A DNA stretch of 64,000 nucleotides from positions 76,322,001-76,386,000 of the forward strand of contig OX597822.1 of assembly GCA_951406725.2 (NCBI GenBank). Direction: 5' to 3'. Source of the DNA: Octopus vulgaris (taxonomy: Eukaryota). A program made the translations under genes and the position numbers. The notes under the pieces were generated by a model, which was not told the DNA's origin, searched no databases, and saw nothing but the letters and a program-made list of their open reading frames with translations. Below, in pieces: positions 50,804-64,000 of this stretch; within the stretch, counting starts at the first letter, position 1; every line of letters begins with the position of its first letter.

Positions 50804-50985
50804 TATATAATTAAGGTTCAGCAACGATTTGCTTCACCACACACCGAAGTTTAGAAATAGCAGTCAAAAAGTCTTAGCTATTCCTTCTACTTTAAAGGGA
50901 GTTCCCAGAAAAACCAAAGCACTTGAAAACAAACCACGCAGGCAAAAGGGAAAAAATGACGAAAATCATTCTATATTAGGTTACC

Positions 50986-51017
<32 letters not shown>

Positions 51018-51100
51018 TATATTTCCATTTCCTGAGCGCCTATTAATAATAATACTGTAATTGTTCCATTGTTGTTGTTTTTTTGTTTCCCGTTTGGATT

Positions 51101-51176
<76 letters not shown>

Positions 51177-51602
51177 GTGGCCATAAGGCACTCCTCTACA
51201 AGCCAGCCCCAAACTCAACTTGTCCTGTCGAAAGACCCTTGTCCTACGTCCTGGTTTTGTTTTTATCCTTACCATTATTGTTTTTACGTTTTTGTATTCT
51301 TATTCGTGCTTTCCTTATTGTTTTCACGTATTTTTGCATTTTTATTCGTGTACATCGTCCGGTTTCCGTCCTTGTGTTATATACATTCGAGGCTTTCTTC
51401 CAAGGGATCTAATGCGCTTGGCTTAGATTTCCCTTGGTGGCTGCCCAGGTCGGAGCAATCTCAAGATTAATCCGCCGAAATTGCGAAGATGATCCGGTTC
51501 TTGACTGATGACTGAGAGCTTCGAATGTCCCGTCCTGTGGTTCTTGTGTCGTCTTCTAGGTGTTTCACGTTCTTGTCCCAGTTTGTATATATTTTTTCTT
51601 TT

Positions 51603-51689
<87 letters not shown>

Positions 51690-51949
51690 TGAAAACTTGA
51701 ATGTTTAAAAGATAACTGTTTCCCATATACACACGTGTATATGTGCATATGTTTGTGTGTGTGTGTGTGTGTGTGTCTGAGCATGTATATGTATAAATAT
51801 ATTCATTTTATGTATATAGTGATCTTAGCATAGCTTGTGGCTTGTTCTTGTATGACTGCCTATGACTATAATTGTCAGATCAGTTTATTTTCAATGTGAA
51901 CAAATTTAATAAATTTAATAATTCATACGTTAAAAGTACATAAACATGC

Positions 51950-54010
51950 AGATTCCCTTCATCATCATCATTGTTGTAATCGTCATCATCAGATTCATCA
52001 TCACTACCATCAGCATCTGCATCTACACCATCACCAGCATCAGGATTACCATCATCATCATCATCATCATCATCAGTGTCAACATCATTATCTTTATCAT
52101 CATCATCATCACCAAGACTGCTTTCACTGTTGTTGTTGTTGTCGTCATATTCTTTGCTGTTGATGTTATCATCATTATCATCATCATCATCCTCATCGTC
52201 TTCATTGTCAATATCATTGAGACCAGCAACATCATCATCATCGTCATCATCGGCAGCAGTAGCAGCATCACCATTATCACAATCAGTAGCAGCATCATTC
52301 CTGTCTTCATCATCTTCATTATTAACACCAGCTGTATCATCATCACATCATCACCATCATCATCATCATCAACTTCATCAACATCCTCACCACCTGCAAC
52401 ATTCCCATCATCATCATCATCATTAACAACAGCTGCATCACCATAATTATCATCATCATCACCATCATCTTCATCATCATCTTCATCATCACATTCATCA
52501 TCATCTCAATCACTACCATCACAATCATTGTCATCATCACCATCATCACCATCATCACCATTATCAGCACCATCACCATTACCATCACAATTAATGTCAT
52601 CATCTCCATCACCATCACCATCATCATCACCATCATCATCAGCACCATCACAATCATCATTGTTGTTGTCATCATCATCACCATCACCATCAACACCATC
52701 ATCATCACCATCATCCTCATCATCAGCATCATCATCATCATCATCATCATCACCATCAACACCATCATCATCACCATCATCCTCATCATCATCATCATCA
52801 TCGCAGACATTAGCATTTGTCAGCGATGTCCCCACTGTTTGCTGTCATATAATTTCATTTGAAACCAAACAATCCCCTTCCCATTGTGAGAGAACCTGCA
52901 AAACACAGAATTCTCAATGGCTGGAAACAACACAAAGCTTGACATTCATTGGTCGTAAATTAACTGGTGCCCACCCCCACCCCACCCATCCAGTCAGCAC
53001 ATCACACTTGTCTCTATGCAATCAAGCAGGTTTATTAATGTGGCCATCACCACTCCTTCCTATTCTCCTTCAACCCAACCACCCCCAACCCCACCTCCAA
53101 CCGGTGGCACCTCTGTGATCCCACTGAAATGAAATAGAAGAGAAATTGAACCGAAGAAGAAGAAGAAGAAGAAGAAAAGAAGAAGAAGAAGAAGAAGAAG
53201 AAGAAGAAGAAGAAGAAAAAAAAACACGAGTAAAAAAAAATTTAACACAAAGAAAAATGAGCATCAAAATAATCAATGAATTAACTTCATCAATAGAAGA
53301 AACAACACCAATAATAATGATAGCAATAATAATAATAATAATAATAATAATGATGATGATAATGATAATAATGATAATAATAATAATGATAATAATGATA
53401 ATGATGATAATAATGATAGTAATAAATATTAACAGTAATGATATTAATATTAATAATAATAGCATTAGTAGTAGTAGTAATAATAATAATGATAATAATA
53501 ATAATAATGAAAGTAATGATGATAATGATGATGATGATAATAATAATAATATTAAAAATACTAATATCAATAATAATATTAAAAATACTAATATTAATAA
53601 TAATATTAAAAATAATAATATCAATAATAATAATAGTAATAATATAATAATAATAATAATAGTAATAATAATAATAGTAATATCAATGATAATAATTATA
53701 GTAATATCAATAATAATAATTATAGTAATAATAATAATAATAAAAATAATAATAATAATTGTATAGCGATAACAATATTAATAGTGATAATAACAATGAC
53801 AAAGACAACAACAACAATAACAATCCTTTCTACTGTAGGTACAAAGCCAGAAATTTTAATAATAATAATAATGATGATGATGATAATAATAATAATAATA
53901 ATAGGTAGACTAATATTAAACACTGGACTCAATGCTAAAAATAATAATAATAACAATAATGATAATGATAATTTTAAAAAATAATGTTAATGACAACAAT
54001 AATATAATAA
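51950..54010. repeat. Degenerate (CAT)n, (GAA)n and (AAT)n trinucleotide fields
   Basis: Direct inspection; source of poly-I/S/H/M ORFs. Confidence 0.9.
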
Positions 54011-54592
54011 TAAATAGATATAAACAAAAGAATGGAACAAAATAGAGCAACGTTTCTAATTAAACATAACTGTTGTGAACAAAAGTTTTATAAATAGCAA
54101 TTATTTTTCCCCCGCCTCTACCCTGACTGTCAAGAGAGTTGAATTTTGCAGAAACAAAAGGCTATATTTTGTCTAAGACCACTTAGCATTAAATAAACAT
54201 AATGAGAAATTTGGAACAGTTATTTAAAAAAAGAACACACACATGTGTGTGTGTGTGTGTGTTCTTTTTTAAAATAACTGTTCCAAATTTGTGCATTCAA
54301 AGCAATGATTAGTAAATTCACGAAACCAGTATGCTTTTGAATCTCTGTAACAATTCACAATAATGACTTTTATTATTTGTATTCCTACCTCAGTTCATCT
54401 AGTTGTATATATCTATTGTTACTTTTCATAAAAAGCCTTTACTTTTTTGATTTCCAAAGTGCATTTTCACTTATTTTTTTCCTCTTGCATTTCCACGTGT
54501 AGTTTCTATTTTGCTTTTGTAACATATTTCTATTATACACGCACACACACACACACACATATATTTATATATATATATATATATATACACAT

Positions 54593-54642
<50 letters not shown>

Positions 54643-55186
54643 CAGCAAAAGATTATTTCCCCCTCTGGTACAAACAAAATTCTCCAAAGAATGAAAATCA
54701 CAATCAAAATCAAATTCCCTGACATGGCTGATGACAGCACCACCTGACTGGCACCCATGCCAGTGGAATGTTAAAGCACCATCCAAGCGTGATCATTGCT
54801 AGGGCTGCTGACTGGCTCCGGTGCCGGTGGCACATAAAAGCCACCATTCAAGCATGATCATTACCAGTGTCACCTTACTGGCACTTGTGCTGGTGGCTTG
54901 TGAAAAGCAACATTCGAGCGAGGTCGATGCCAGTGCCACTGGACTGGCTCCTGTGCTGGTGGCACATAAAAAACACCATTTGAGCATAGCGGTTCGGCAA
55001 AAAGTGACCGATAAAATAAGTACTCGGCTTACAAAGAATAAGTCCTAAGGTTGATTTCCTCGACTAAAGGCGGTGCTCCAGCATGGCCGCAGTCAAATGA
55101 CTGAAACAAGTAAAAGAATAAAGAGTATATGTGTGTGTGTGTGTGTATATATATATGCGTGTGTGTGTGTGTCGATATATATGTCA

Positions 55187-55420
55187 TAAGGCGGCGAGCT
55201 GGTAGAAACGTTGGCACGCCGGGCGAAATTCGTAGCCGTATTTCATCTGTCGTAACGTTCCGAGTTCAAATTCTGCCGAGATCGACTTTGCCTTTCATCC
55301 TTTCGGGGTCGATAAATTAAGTACCAGTTACGCACTGGGGTCGATGTAATCGACTTAATCCCTTTGTCTGTCCTTGTTTGTCCCCTCTGTGTTTAGCCCC
55401 TTGTGGGTAGTAAAGAAATA
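55187..55420 (+). mobile_element. SINE family A
   Basis: AAGGCGGCGAGCTGGTAGAAACG...GAGTTCAAATTC...GGGTAGTAAAGAAAT. Confidence 0.85.
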
Positions 55421-55448
55421 TATATATATGTGTGTGTCTATATATATA

Positions 55449-55483
<35 letters not shown>

Positions 55484-55590
55484 GTATGTATATATATATA
55501 TGTGTGTGTATGTATATATATATGTGTGTATGTATATATATATATGTGCGGGCGTGTATATATATGTGTGTGTGTGTGTATGTATATATG

Positions 55591-55632
<42 letters not shown>

Positions 55633-55699
55633 CATGTTTAAGAAATATCAGGACCATTTATCTATAGTAAAGTATATGCGTATCATAAACTGTATATAT

Positions 55700-55746
55700 A
55701 AATCTTTTCTATAATGTTTCTCTTTCTTTTCTATTTACAGGTGAGT
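55700..55746 (+). promoter_or_regulatory. Candidate recursive splice site (3' acceptor fused to 5' donor)
   Basis: TTTCTCTTTCTTTTCTATTTACAG|GTGAGT with AG at 55739-55740. Confidence 0.45.
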
Positions 55747-56215
55747 AAAAACTGTTTTTGAATCAGTGAATGTTGAAAAAGAATTGGTGTTCTTACTTGA
55801 ACAGGTTTGCCACTCAATTTTATTAATTTGCAACAATATTTTGTAAAGTTTTATTTTGGGTTTCAATTACTATGGAATCTCTGGGTTCTTTTTATATGAA
55901 TGATCCGTTCTGGTGCCCTGTTCAATAAGCACACCGTTCATTATCTGAGGAATTGAAATACATATAAATAGGAGTATTTGTATGGAAAGAAACAAACAAA
56001 ACAGTTATTAATTACAGGGGTTGAAATTAATGTAAGATTTCACAGCTCTAGCATCACTCCTTCACAGTCAGACTATGAACTTTTCAGCCTATCCAGCTGG
56101 CCCTCATGCAGGAGAAGACTGTTATATTCTTCAATGGATCTAAATGCAAGGGCGGCATATTGGAACTTCTATGCAACTATTGTTGGCTCCCAATCACTTC
56201 CAAACACTAATTTAA

Positions 56216-56434
56216 CCCTTTAGTATTTAAACCGGCCATATCCGGCCAAAATAGCTAATCTGTTTTATGTTCAAACTGACCAGATCCAGGCTCTCACACC
56301 TGCCCTACAATGTTATACTACGTTCAGTAATTACACCATCAAGATCTTGAAAATTTGAGATAATGCACGATTAATTCAAATCAGTGGGAATCAATAGGCA
56401 TTAGGTTTGATTGAATAATCTGAACACTAAAGGG
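56216..56434. mobile_element. piggyBac-like MITE
   Basis: TTAA|CCCTTTAGT...ACTAAAGGG|TTAA; a related diverged copy lies at 58328-58545. Confidence 0.85.
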
Positions 56435-57229
56435 TTAATCCTTTTTCATTACTAGAAAGCTACGTAGATAGCTGGACAATTAACACTGGAGTTGTTTTCC
56501 CTGCTTCCATGTTCTTGGTGGCACAAATCTCTGCCCATTAAATAGCTTTCCATATGTGTAATTGTTAAACCTGAAGAGCAGTTGATGTCTCCAACTTTGA
56601 CCTGTGAACTTCAGGACCAGTCAGTGCTTCAAGTGTACTGGCAGAGACAACAGTATCACACAGCAGAGAACTGAAAGTAATTAACTCCCCAGGTGATTCA
56701 GCATCAACAGCAACATCATCTGCTGTGACAATACAATCACAAGATACCAATACTTTGACTAAATGGGTTGGAAGCTTCAGCAATTGAGCTTCACGTGGGA
56801 GTTATCTTGAAGTGAGAATAAAGACAAAATAAAGCTATGTTGAAGCTCCTGTATGCAGCTCTTGCAGTCATCAAAGACCTAGAGTCAAAAGTATTCCATA
56901 TATGACTATCCTGCCTTTTTCCGAATTATATTCTTATCTAAGACTACCTAACCCAATGCTTACCCTTTTTTAAAAGATGGTAAGGTGCTGTTTGTTTAAG
57001 CATGCTTTTGGTTGTTAACTAGTCAGTTGGACACACATGGAAACGCTCCCTTTAAAGGACTGACATGATTGGTGAGGGTACATAGGAAGTGGGCATACTG
57101 ACCAAAATGTCTATGGTTCAATCACATCAGTATTTCTGTGATTTATGTGTAGAAAGGCACTGGACTGTCTAGCACATTAGAATTTCCAACAAAATTCCAA
57201 GATCAAAAGGCTGTAACCAAGATACATTT

Positions 57230-57620
57230 TATCATTTCATGTCGAGAATCTTTGTTCCCTCTTTACTTTTGTTGATAGTTTTGTCAAATTCCTCTGCCAA
57301 TAATATCAATAGTGTTGATTGGTTTACATTCTCTGTTAGGAGTCAGAATTTTCCAAAATGTAACATCCAGTTTGACCTGGCATTCAGCACAACAACAGTA
57401 ATGACCATCAATGCCTACCAATAGTAGTGATGGATATGGAATATGCTCATGAATCCGTGTCTTGTGCTTAGGCCATAATATGTTCTGAGCCTTCATGAAA
57501 CCTGGTGTACACACCACCAAGGTCCTCCTTCAAAGTTCTTACTTTTGCTCCATAGACAAGAATGCTTTTCACATTACTCTGGAGAGGGCCAACCTTGTTG
57601 ACATAGCGAAACATGATTGC
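57230..57620 (-). pseudogene. Ancient RTE-like RT C-terminal remnant
   Basis: Frameshifted reading LQSNVKSILVYGAK...GVYTR / MKAQNILW...DVTFWK...RECKPINTID resembles SILLYGxETW...DGxYTR...W of RTE-type proteins. Confidence 0.5.
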
Positions 57621-58327
57621 CAGATGTTATGATGCTTGTTACAGGCACTCTAGGCTTAGCTGTTGTGCTTCTGGAAGTCTTTCTTTATTGTTGATACAAA
57701 AACAAAACAGACAAATTGCTGTCTGGTCTGTCAGTTCTTTTTTTTTTTTATTTCTGCAGCTATCAGTCTGCAATTTTTACTACATCTGGAACCCTTCGAC
57801 TATTCTATTCTGGTGGCTCCCCATAACCAATTGATGTTTAAAAACTATATATAGATCATTCATTCAAAATTCCTATTTTGTTATTCACACTTTAATTTGT
57901 GTAGGTTGGCTGATGTAAAATGTTACAGAAAGAAACCAAGCTGTCTCTTGCAATAGATTACATCAAAAACAAATATATTTCATGGCTCCCTAATATATTA
58001 CTGTGTGTCCCCAATTTACTATATTGTTAGAGTGGACACCAACAAATCTTATATCGGCCCCAATTAAAAACTATTGCTCTGAAGGTTTCCTCTAGATCCT
58101 CACTAAAATTTTGATTTTATGCTGGCATGGATTTGGATGGGTGATCATGTTTTTGAAACAGGCTTTATTTAGAGGTACTGCCCTCCTAGATATGGTCAGA
58201 ACTATGTCTTACCCTTATTAACATCATCTTTTTACAGTGTGTAACAAGTGCATTAAAATGCACAAAGTCCTAAAAAGGGTGTTAGGTCCTCATGTTGAAG
58301 CTGCAGTGAGCCCATCCACATAATTAA

Positions 58328-58545
58328 CCCCTAAGCATTTAAACTGGCTACATCCAGCCTAGATATTTTACCTGTTTTATGTTCATACTGGCCTGATCAA
58401 ACTTCTCACACCTACCCTACAATGTCATTCTAAAAATAAATAATCGTATTATTGAAATTTTGAAGTTGAGATAATCCCTGATTAATTCAAGACAACGTGA
58501 ATAAATAAGCTTTACATTTGACAGGGTAATATGAATGCTGAAGAG
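58328..58545. mobile_element. piggyBac-like MITE, diverged copy of 56216-56434
   Basis: TTAA flanks; shared internal CTGTTTTATGTTCA...CTCACACCT(A/G)CCCTACAATG. Confidence 0.75.
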
Positions 58546-58599
58546 TTAATGGCTATTTTTTGTTGGCTTTCATACAGGTGTTGTTTAACCCAGGCTAAA

Positions 58600-59520
58600 G
58601 GCATGTTAGGGTGTTGAGCTCATGACTGTAAAGTTGTGAGTTCAATTCCCAGTAGTGTGTTGTGTCCTTGAGCAAGACACTTTATTTCACATTGCTCCAG
58701 TCCACTCAGCTGGAAATTTATGAGTAGGACTTGTATTTCAAAGAACCAATCTTGTCACATTCTTTGTCATACCCAATCTCCCTGAGAATTACGTTAACCT
58801 TCGTGGGCTGACAGGGTTGGAATTACACAAATGGCCATTGGGATCTCCTTTCATTTTTGCACATTTCTGCACTATCCATAAAGTAATATTTGTTTAATCT
58901 TGTATATATGTGTGAGGACATGATACAGAACAAGAAATTTAGCTCTTTATTGGTATATATTTGTAATTATTATCGTTTGATGGAAGGGAATTAAAATATA
59001 ATTTATTGACTGAAAGAAACCTTTATTGAAAGAAATCAACATTTTTTATAGTTTTAAAAACTATACATATAGCACTAAATATAAAATAAGAGAAAATTAT
59101 TTGGTATATCGATTCATACCAGTACAAATACAAAGAAAATTGATTTATAGGTCATCAGAATATCTGAAAAAGAACAGAAAAAATAATTTCAGAGAAAGCC
59201 AATGGCATCCTGTTGGACCCCGATGGCCATATTTTATGCTATAACATCCATATGACAGGAAATTTTAAACTCAACATTTGTATGTGCATACATAAACTAT
59301 TGACAATAAAAGTCATAAGATATAAAATCATTTAAATAAAAAATGTAAATTTGCATAACTTTTAAAATTTTCTGGGGTCCCAAGAGGCCCCACCGGCCCA
59401 CAAAAGGTTATGGGTACGTGGGTCTGTGGAATACTCTGCCACTTGCACATTAATTTCACTAGCAAGCTGTTCTGTTGATCGGATTGACCGGAACCCTTGT
59501 CATTATAACTGATGAGGTGC
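58600..59520 (+). mobile_element. tRNA-derived SINE split by a nested insertion
   Basis: Left half ends CCCTGAGAATTACGTTAA; right half resumes GGGTACGTGGGTCTGTGGAATACTCTGCCACTTGCAC, colinear with SINE sequence near 20290-20340 and 4395-4700. Confidence 0.7.
58798..59407. mobile_element. Non-autonomous TTAA-inserting (piggyBac-like) element nested in a SINE
   Basis: TTAA|CCTTCGTGGGCTG ... CGGCCCACAAAAGG|TTAT termini; internal inverted ATGGCCATTGGGATC / GACCCCGATGGCCAT. Confidence 0.7.
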
Positions 59521-59679
59521 TGGTTTAACCCCGGGTCAGACCAGATGAAGTACACCTACAAAGGCCTTCCAACACAGGCTTTTCCATATATTTGGAGTGA
59601 TAGTGTACACTTTCCAATGAGCCTAAGTGGAGACTGCTATTTCTAGCCACAAATAAGTTCTCTCATTATTAGAATCAGG

Positions 59680-60747
59680 GATAAGGCTGTGAGCTGGCAG
59701 AATTGTTAGCATGCTTGACAAAATACTTAGCGGCATTACATCCGTCTTTACATTCTGAGTTCAAATTTTGCTGAGGTCAACTTTGCCTTTCATCCTTGTG
59801 AGGCCGATGAAATAACTACCAGTTATGCTCTGAGGTCGATGTAATCAACCAGTCCCCTCCTCAAAAATATCAGGCTTTGTACCAGGGTTATTAGAATTGA
59901 GGGTAAGACAGTGAGCTGGCAGAATTATTAGCATGCCGGGTGAAATGCTTAGTGATATTTCGTCTGCCACTAAGTTCTGAGTTCAAATTCCACTGAGATT
60001 GACATTGCTTTTCATCCTTTCAGGGGCCATAAAATAGGTACCAGTTATGTGTTGGAGTTGACATAATTGACTAGCCTCCTTCCTCAAAAAATTTTCAAGG
60101 CTTTGTGCCTATAGGCGCAGGAGTGGCTGAGTGGTAAGTAGCTTGCTTACTAACCACATGGTTCTGGGCTCAGTCCCACTGCGTGGCACCTTGGGTGAGT
60201 TTATTCTACAATAGCTTCGGGTCGAGCAAAGCCTTGTGAGTGGATTTAGTAGAAGGAAACTGTATGTGTGTGTGTGTCTGTGTTTGTCCCTTCAACATCG
60301 CTTGACAATCGATGCTGGTGTGTTTACGTCCCTGTAACTTAGCAGTTCGGCAAAAGAGACTGATAAAACAAGTATTAAGCTTCCTTTGAGGATAAGTCCT
60401 GGGGTCAATTTGCTCGACTTAAGGCGGTGCTCCAGCATGGCCGCAGTCAAACAACTGAAACAAGTAAATGAGAGAGTAAAAGAGTAATGAGTATAGTAGA
60501 AATAATTGCTATTATTATTATTATTAGAAAGGGCTCTTGCCCTGTTGACCAGGCACCCATGGCTTTTATGGCTTTTTTCTGTGAGTAAACCTTCAAAGTG
60601 CCTCCCCCTATTGGGAGTTTTTACTTGTTATATTGTTATTGTTTTTATGAAATGTTTTTTTTTTTTTCAAAACCCATTGTATATCATCTTGTGTTGTCCC
60701 TTAATGTTTTGATTTACATTAGCCCTTGTGGCCAATAAAAAGAATTA

Positions 60748-60809
<62 letters not shown>

Positions 60810-61360
60810 GGCAGCAGTCTGGCAGAGTCATTAGCACACTGAGCAAAATGCTTAAGGTCATTTCATCCATTTGCACATTCTGAGTTCAAATTCCATGAGT
60901 TTAAAAGAGAATGGAAATAAAGCTGTGAACTGGCAGAATTGGTAGCATGCTGGCCAAAATGCTTAGTGGCATTTTGCTCATGTTTACATTCCGAGTTCAA
61001 ATTCCACTGAGACCAACTTTACCTTTCGTTCTTTCGGGGTCAATAAAATAAGTACAAGTTATGCACTGCGGTCAGTGTAATTGACTAGCCCCCTCCTCAA
61101 AAATTTCAAGATTTGTCCCTGTAATAGAAAGGATTATTAGAGTTGAGAGTAAGGCAGCAAGTTGGCAGACTCGTTTGGCAAGATGCTTGCTGCTTTTCAT
61201 CCGGCTTAACATTCTGAGTTCAAGTTCCACCATGGCCATCTTTGTTTTTATTGTTTCGGGGGGTATTTAATAAGTAACAGTTATGCACTGGGGTTGATGT
61301 AATCGACTAGCCCCCATCACTGAAGTTGCTGGCATTGTACTGAAATCTGAAACCATTATT
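59680..61360 (+). mobile_element. Cluster of CpG-decayed SINE family A copies with a family B copy (60112-60485)
   Basis: Repeated GAGCTGGCAGAAT...CTGAGTTCAAATTCC motifs; family B head AGGCGCAGGAGTGGCTGAGTGGTAAG at 60112. Confidence 0.75.
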
Positions 61361-61583
61361 AGAATTGGAAGTATAATATGGTAACACGGTTCTCGTTAGT
61401 GTGTTAATTAGTGTTGATGAATGCAATTAGTGGGGCATGAGTGAGTAATGTGTTATTTTTCTAGGTGAATAAGAAGGTAGGTTTGCAAATGGGTCAGTAA
61501 GATGAAGGAAAACGCTTACACATACATAAAAACAAATGCTCACTGACTCACACACACAAACATAGGCATATACATATACACAC

Positions 61584-61657
<74 letters not shown>

Positions 61658-61947
61658 GTCTATCTATATATATATATATATAAACAAACACACACACTTA
61701 AAGACATATACTGTTTTTTTGTTCTCATACAAAAATGTAATATATATATGTATGTGTATGTATTTATATACATATATATGTGTGTATGTATTTATATACA
61801 TATGTATATATATGTGTGTATGTATATACATATATATATGTATATATGTGTGTATGTATGTATATATAAAGAGAAAGACTAGTATATAAATATATATATG
61901 TAACATAATGTCTAACTGTATTCTATATACATGTGTGTGTATATATA

Positions 61948-61983
<36 letters not shown>

Positions 61984-62429
61984 TGTATGTATGTATGTGT
62001 GTATGAATATGTATGTATGTGAATTTATAAATTTATATATTTACTACAATATCTACCACATTGTATCTGCAGATCTGCAGTTAATCCAAGCACAGCATGA
62101 TAATCCATTGTAATCAGATTAATGACATGAGGTGGGGAATAAGTGGAGGGGGATGCAGATGAGGTATTTACAACAATAGATTTGGAACACTGAGAAACTT
62201 CCACCCATCCACCCCTCTTCTATTTCATGAATAGCTGTGTGATGGTTGTGTGTGTGTGTGTGTAGTCTGCTTCAGATCTGAGAACTGGGGTAGTTGTGTG
62301 TGTATGTGTGTACGTAAAACTGAACAGGTAGTTCTTTTTTTATTAAAGTCTGACGCATTGAGCATATTTGTAGAGAGGTAGGCTTGTATGAAGTATCATA
62401 GGTAGGAAGGTGGGTATTTTTTTTTTACC

Positions 62430-63230
62430 TGTTACCTTTGACTGGTTTCAGTGTCATTAGACTGAGGCCATGCTGGGGCACCACCTTGAAGGATTTTAAG
62501 TCAAATGAATGAACTCCTGTAATTGTTATTTTTTTTTTTAAGCCTTGTGTATTATTGGTCTGTTTTGCTTATGGGGACATGCAATAACCAACACCTGTTG
62601 CCAAGCTGTGGTGGGGGACAAGGATGGACACACATGCGCGTGCGCGCACACACAATCTGCCACAGTGAACTCTGATCCATGCAACCCCCAGATTTATTCG
62701 TTGTAAGCCTAGTACGTATTCTATCGGTCTCTTTTGTTGAACTGCTAAGTCTACGAGGAGGTAAACACACCAACACAGGTTGTAAAGTGATGGTGGAGGA
62801 ACACACTCAGACACACTTAAACAAATAAGTCATACATATATATATATATATATAGATAGATATATAAATACAACAGGTTTCTTTCAGTTACCATCTACCA
62901 AATCCACTCACAAGGCCTTGATTAGACTGAGGCTATAGTAGAAGACACTTGCCCAAAGACTGAACCCAGTCCATGTGGTCGGGAAGCAAGTTTCTTACCA
63001 CACAGCCACACCTGTGCTGCAGCTATGCCTGAACCTATATATATATATATATGATGATGATGATATATATACACACACACAGCAGGCTTCTTTCAGTTTC
63101 TGTCTACTAAATCCACTCACAAGTGTTTGGCAGTCTTGATGCTATTGTACAAGACATTTGTCCAAGGTACCATGCAGTGGGACTGAACCTGGAACCATGT
63201 GGTTGGGAAGCAGGCTTCTTACTACGCAGA
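62430..63230 (-). mobile_element. SINE family B copies
   Basis: Tail GCCATGCTGGGGCACCACC and two heads (CAAATCCACTCACAAG...CCATGTGG(T/TT)GGGAAGCA). Confidence 0.7.
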
Positions 63231-64000
63231 TACCATATGTACATTTGTGTGTGTATGAAGCTGTAGTTGTGTGTGTGTGAGTGTGTTTCTATCTGTTGGC
63301 ATATGTGTATATATGTATATGCGTGTGTGTTTGTGTCTGCATATGTGAATGTATGTATGTATATGTTTGTGTGTGTTTATAGTTGTAGTTCAGTGTGTAT
63401 GTGTGTATCTGTCTGTCTGCATATGTGAATGTATGTATGTATGCATGTATGTATGTATGCATATATTTGTATGTTTATAAACCTGTAGTTATGTGTGTAT
63501 GTATGTGTCTGTGTGTGTGTGTGTGCATGTTTGCATATGTGAATCTATGTATCTATATGATTGTGTGTGCTTAAAGTTGTAGTTAAGTGTGTATGTGTAT
63601 ATGTATCTGTTTGCATATGTGAATGTATGTATGCATATATTTGTATGTGTATAAAGCTGTAGTTAAGCATGTGTGTGTGTGTATTTGTGGGCGTGCGTAC
63701 CCGTCTCTGCATATATGAATGTATGTAGCTGTATGTTTGCGTGTGCTGAAAGTTGTAGTTAAGTATATATGTATGTGAATGTATGTATGTATGCGTATAT
63801 TTGTATATGTATAAAGCTGTAGTTATGCATGTGTGTGTGTGTGTACGGTGTGTGCAAAAGAAGCTGACCTGACATGTGTGGTATTTGGTGTTTGTATATG
63901 TATATGCATATGCAAGAAGCTTGGTAGGTAGCTGTGTATATATATGTTGTGCATGAATGTGTGTGTGTGTGAATATACGTACATGTGTATGCATGACACG

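Noticed and set aside
56565-56783. 72-aa minus-strand ORF in unique-looking sequence
   Set aside because: No recognisable domain, no ATG start, no convincing splice boundaries.

Overview
Eukaryotic, AT-rich, microsatellite-saturated DNA, most consistent with a coleoid cephalopod (octopus-like) genome; the organism is inferred from repeat style, not proven. It is almost all repeats: several tRNA-derived SINE families, Tc1/mariner and piggyBac-like non-autonomous elements, decayed CR1, R4/Dong-like and RTE LINE pieces, and a 100-N assembly gap. Nearly all short ORFs in the track are microsatellite artefacts. The one intact long ORF (45257-48424) is an RTE-clade LINE protein with AP-endonuclease, reverse transcriptase and a PHD-like C4HC3 finger inside the RT. 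It is directly preceded by about ten near-identical ~617-bp tandem monomers (38973-45083), and array plus LINE are enclosed by one candidate 14-bp target-site duplication, so they appear to be a single ~10-kb insertion. Other notable signals: minimal type-I hammerhead-ribozyme-like folds (the best has a compensatory G3:C8 core swap), a tandem array of SINE Pol III promoter heads, a candidate recursive splice site (polypyrimidine-CAG|GTGAGT), several long fold-back palindromes and a nested piggyBac-like insertion.
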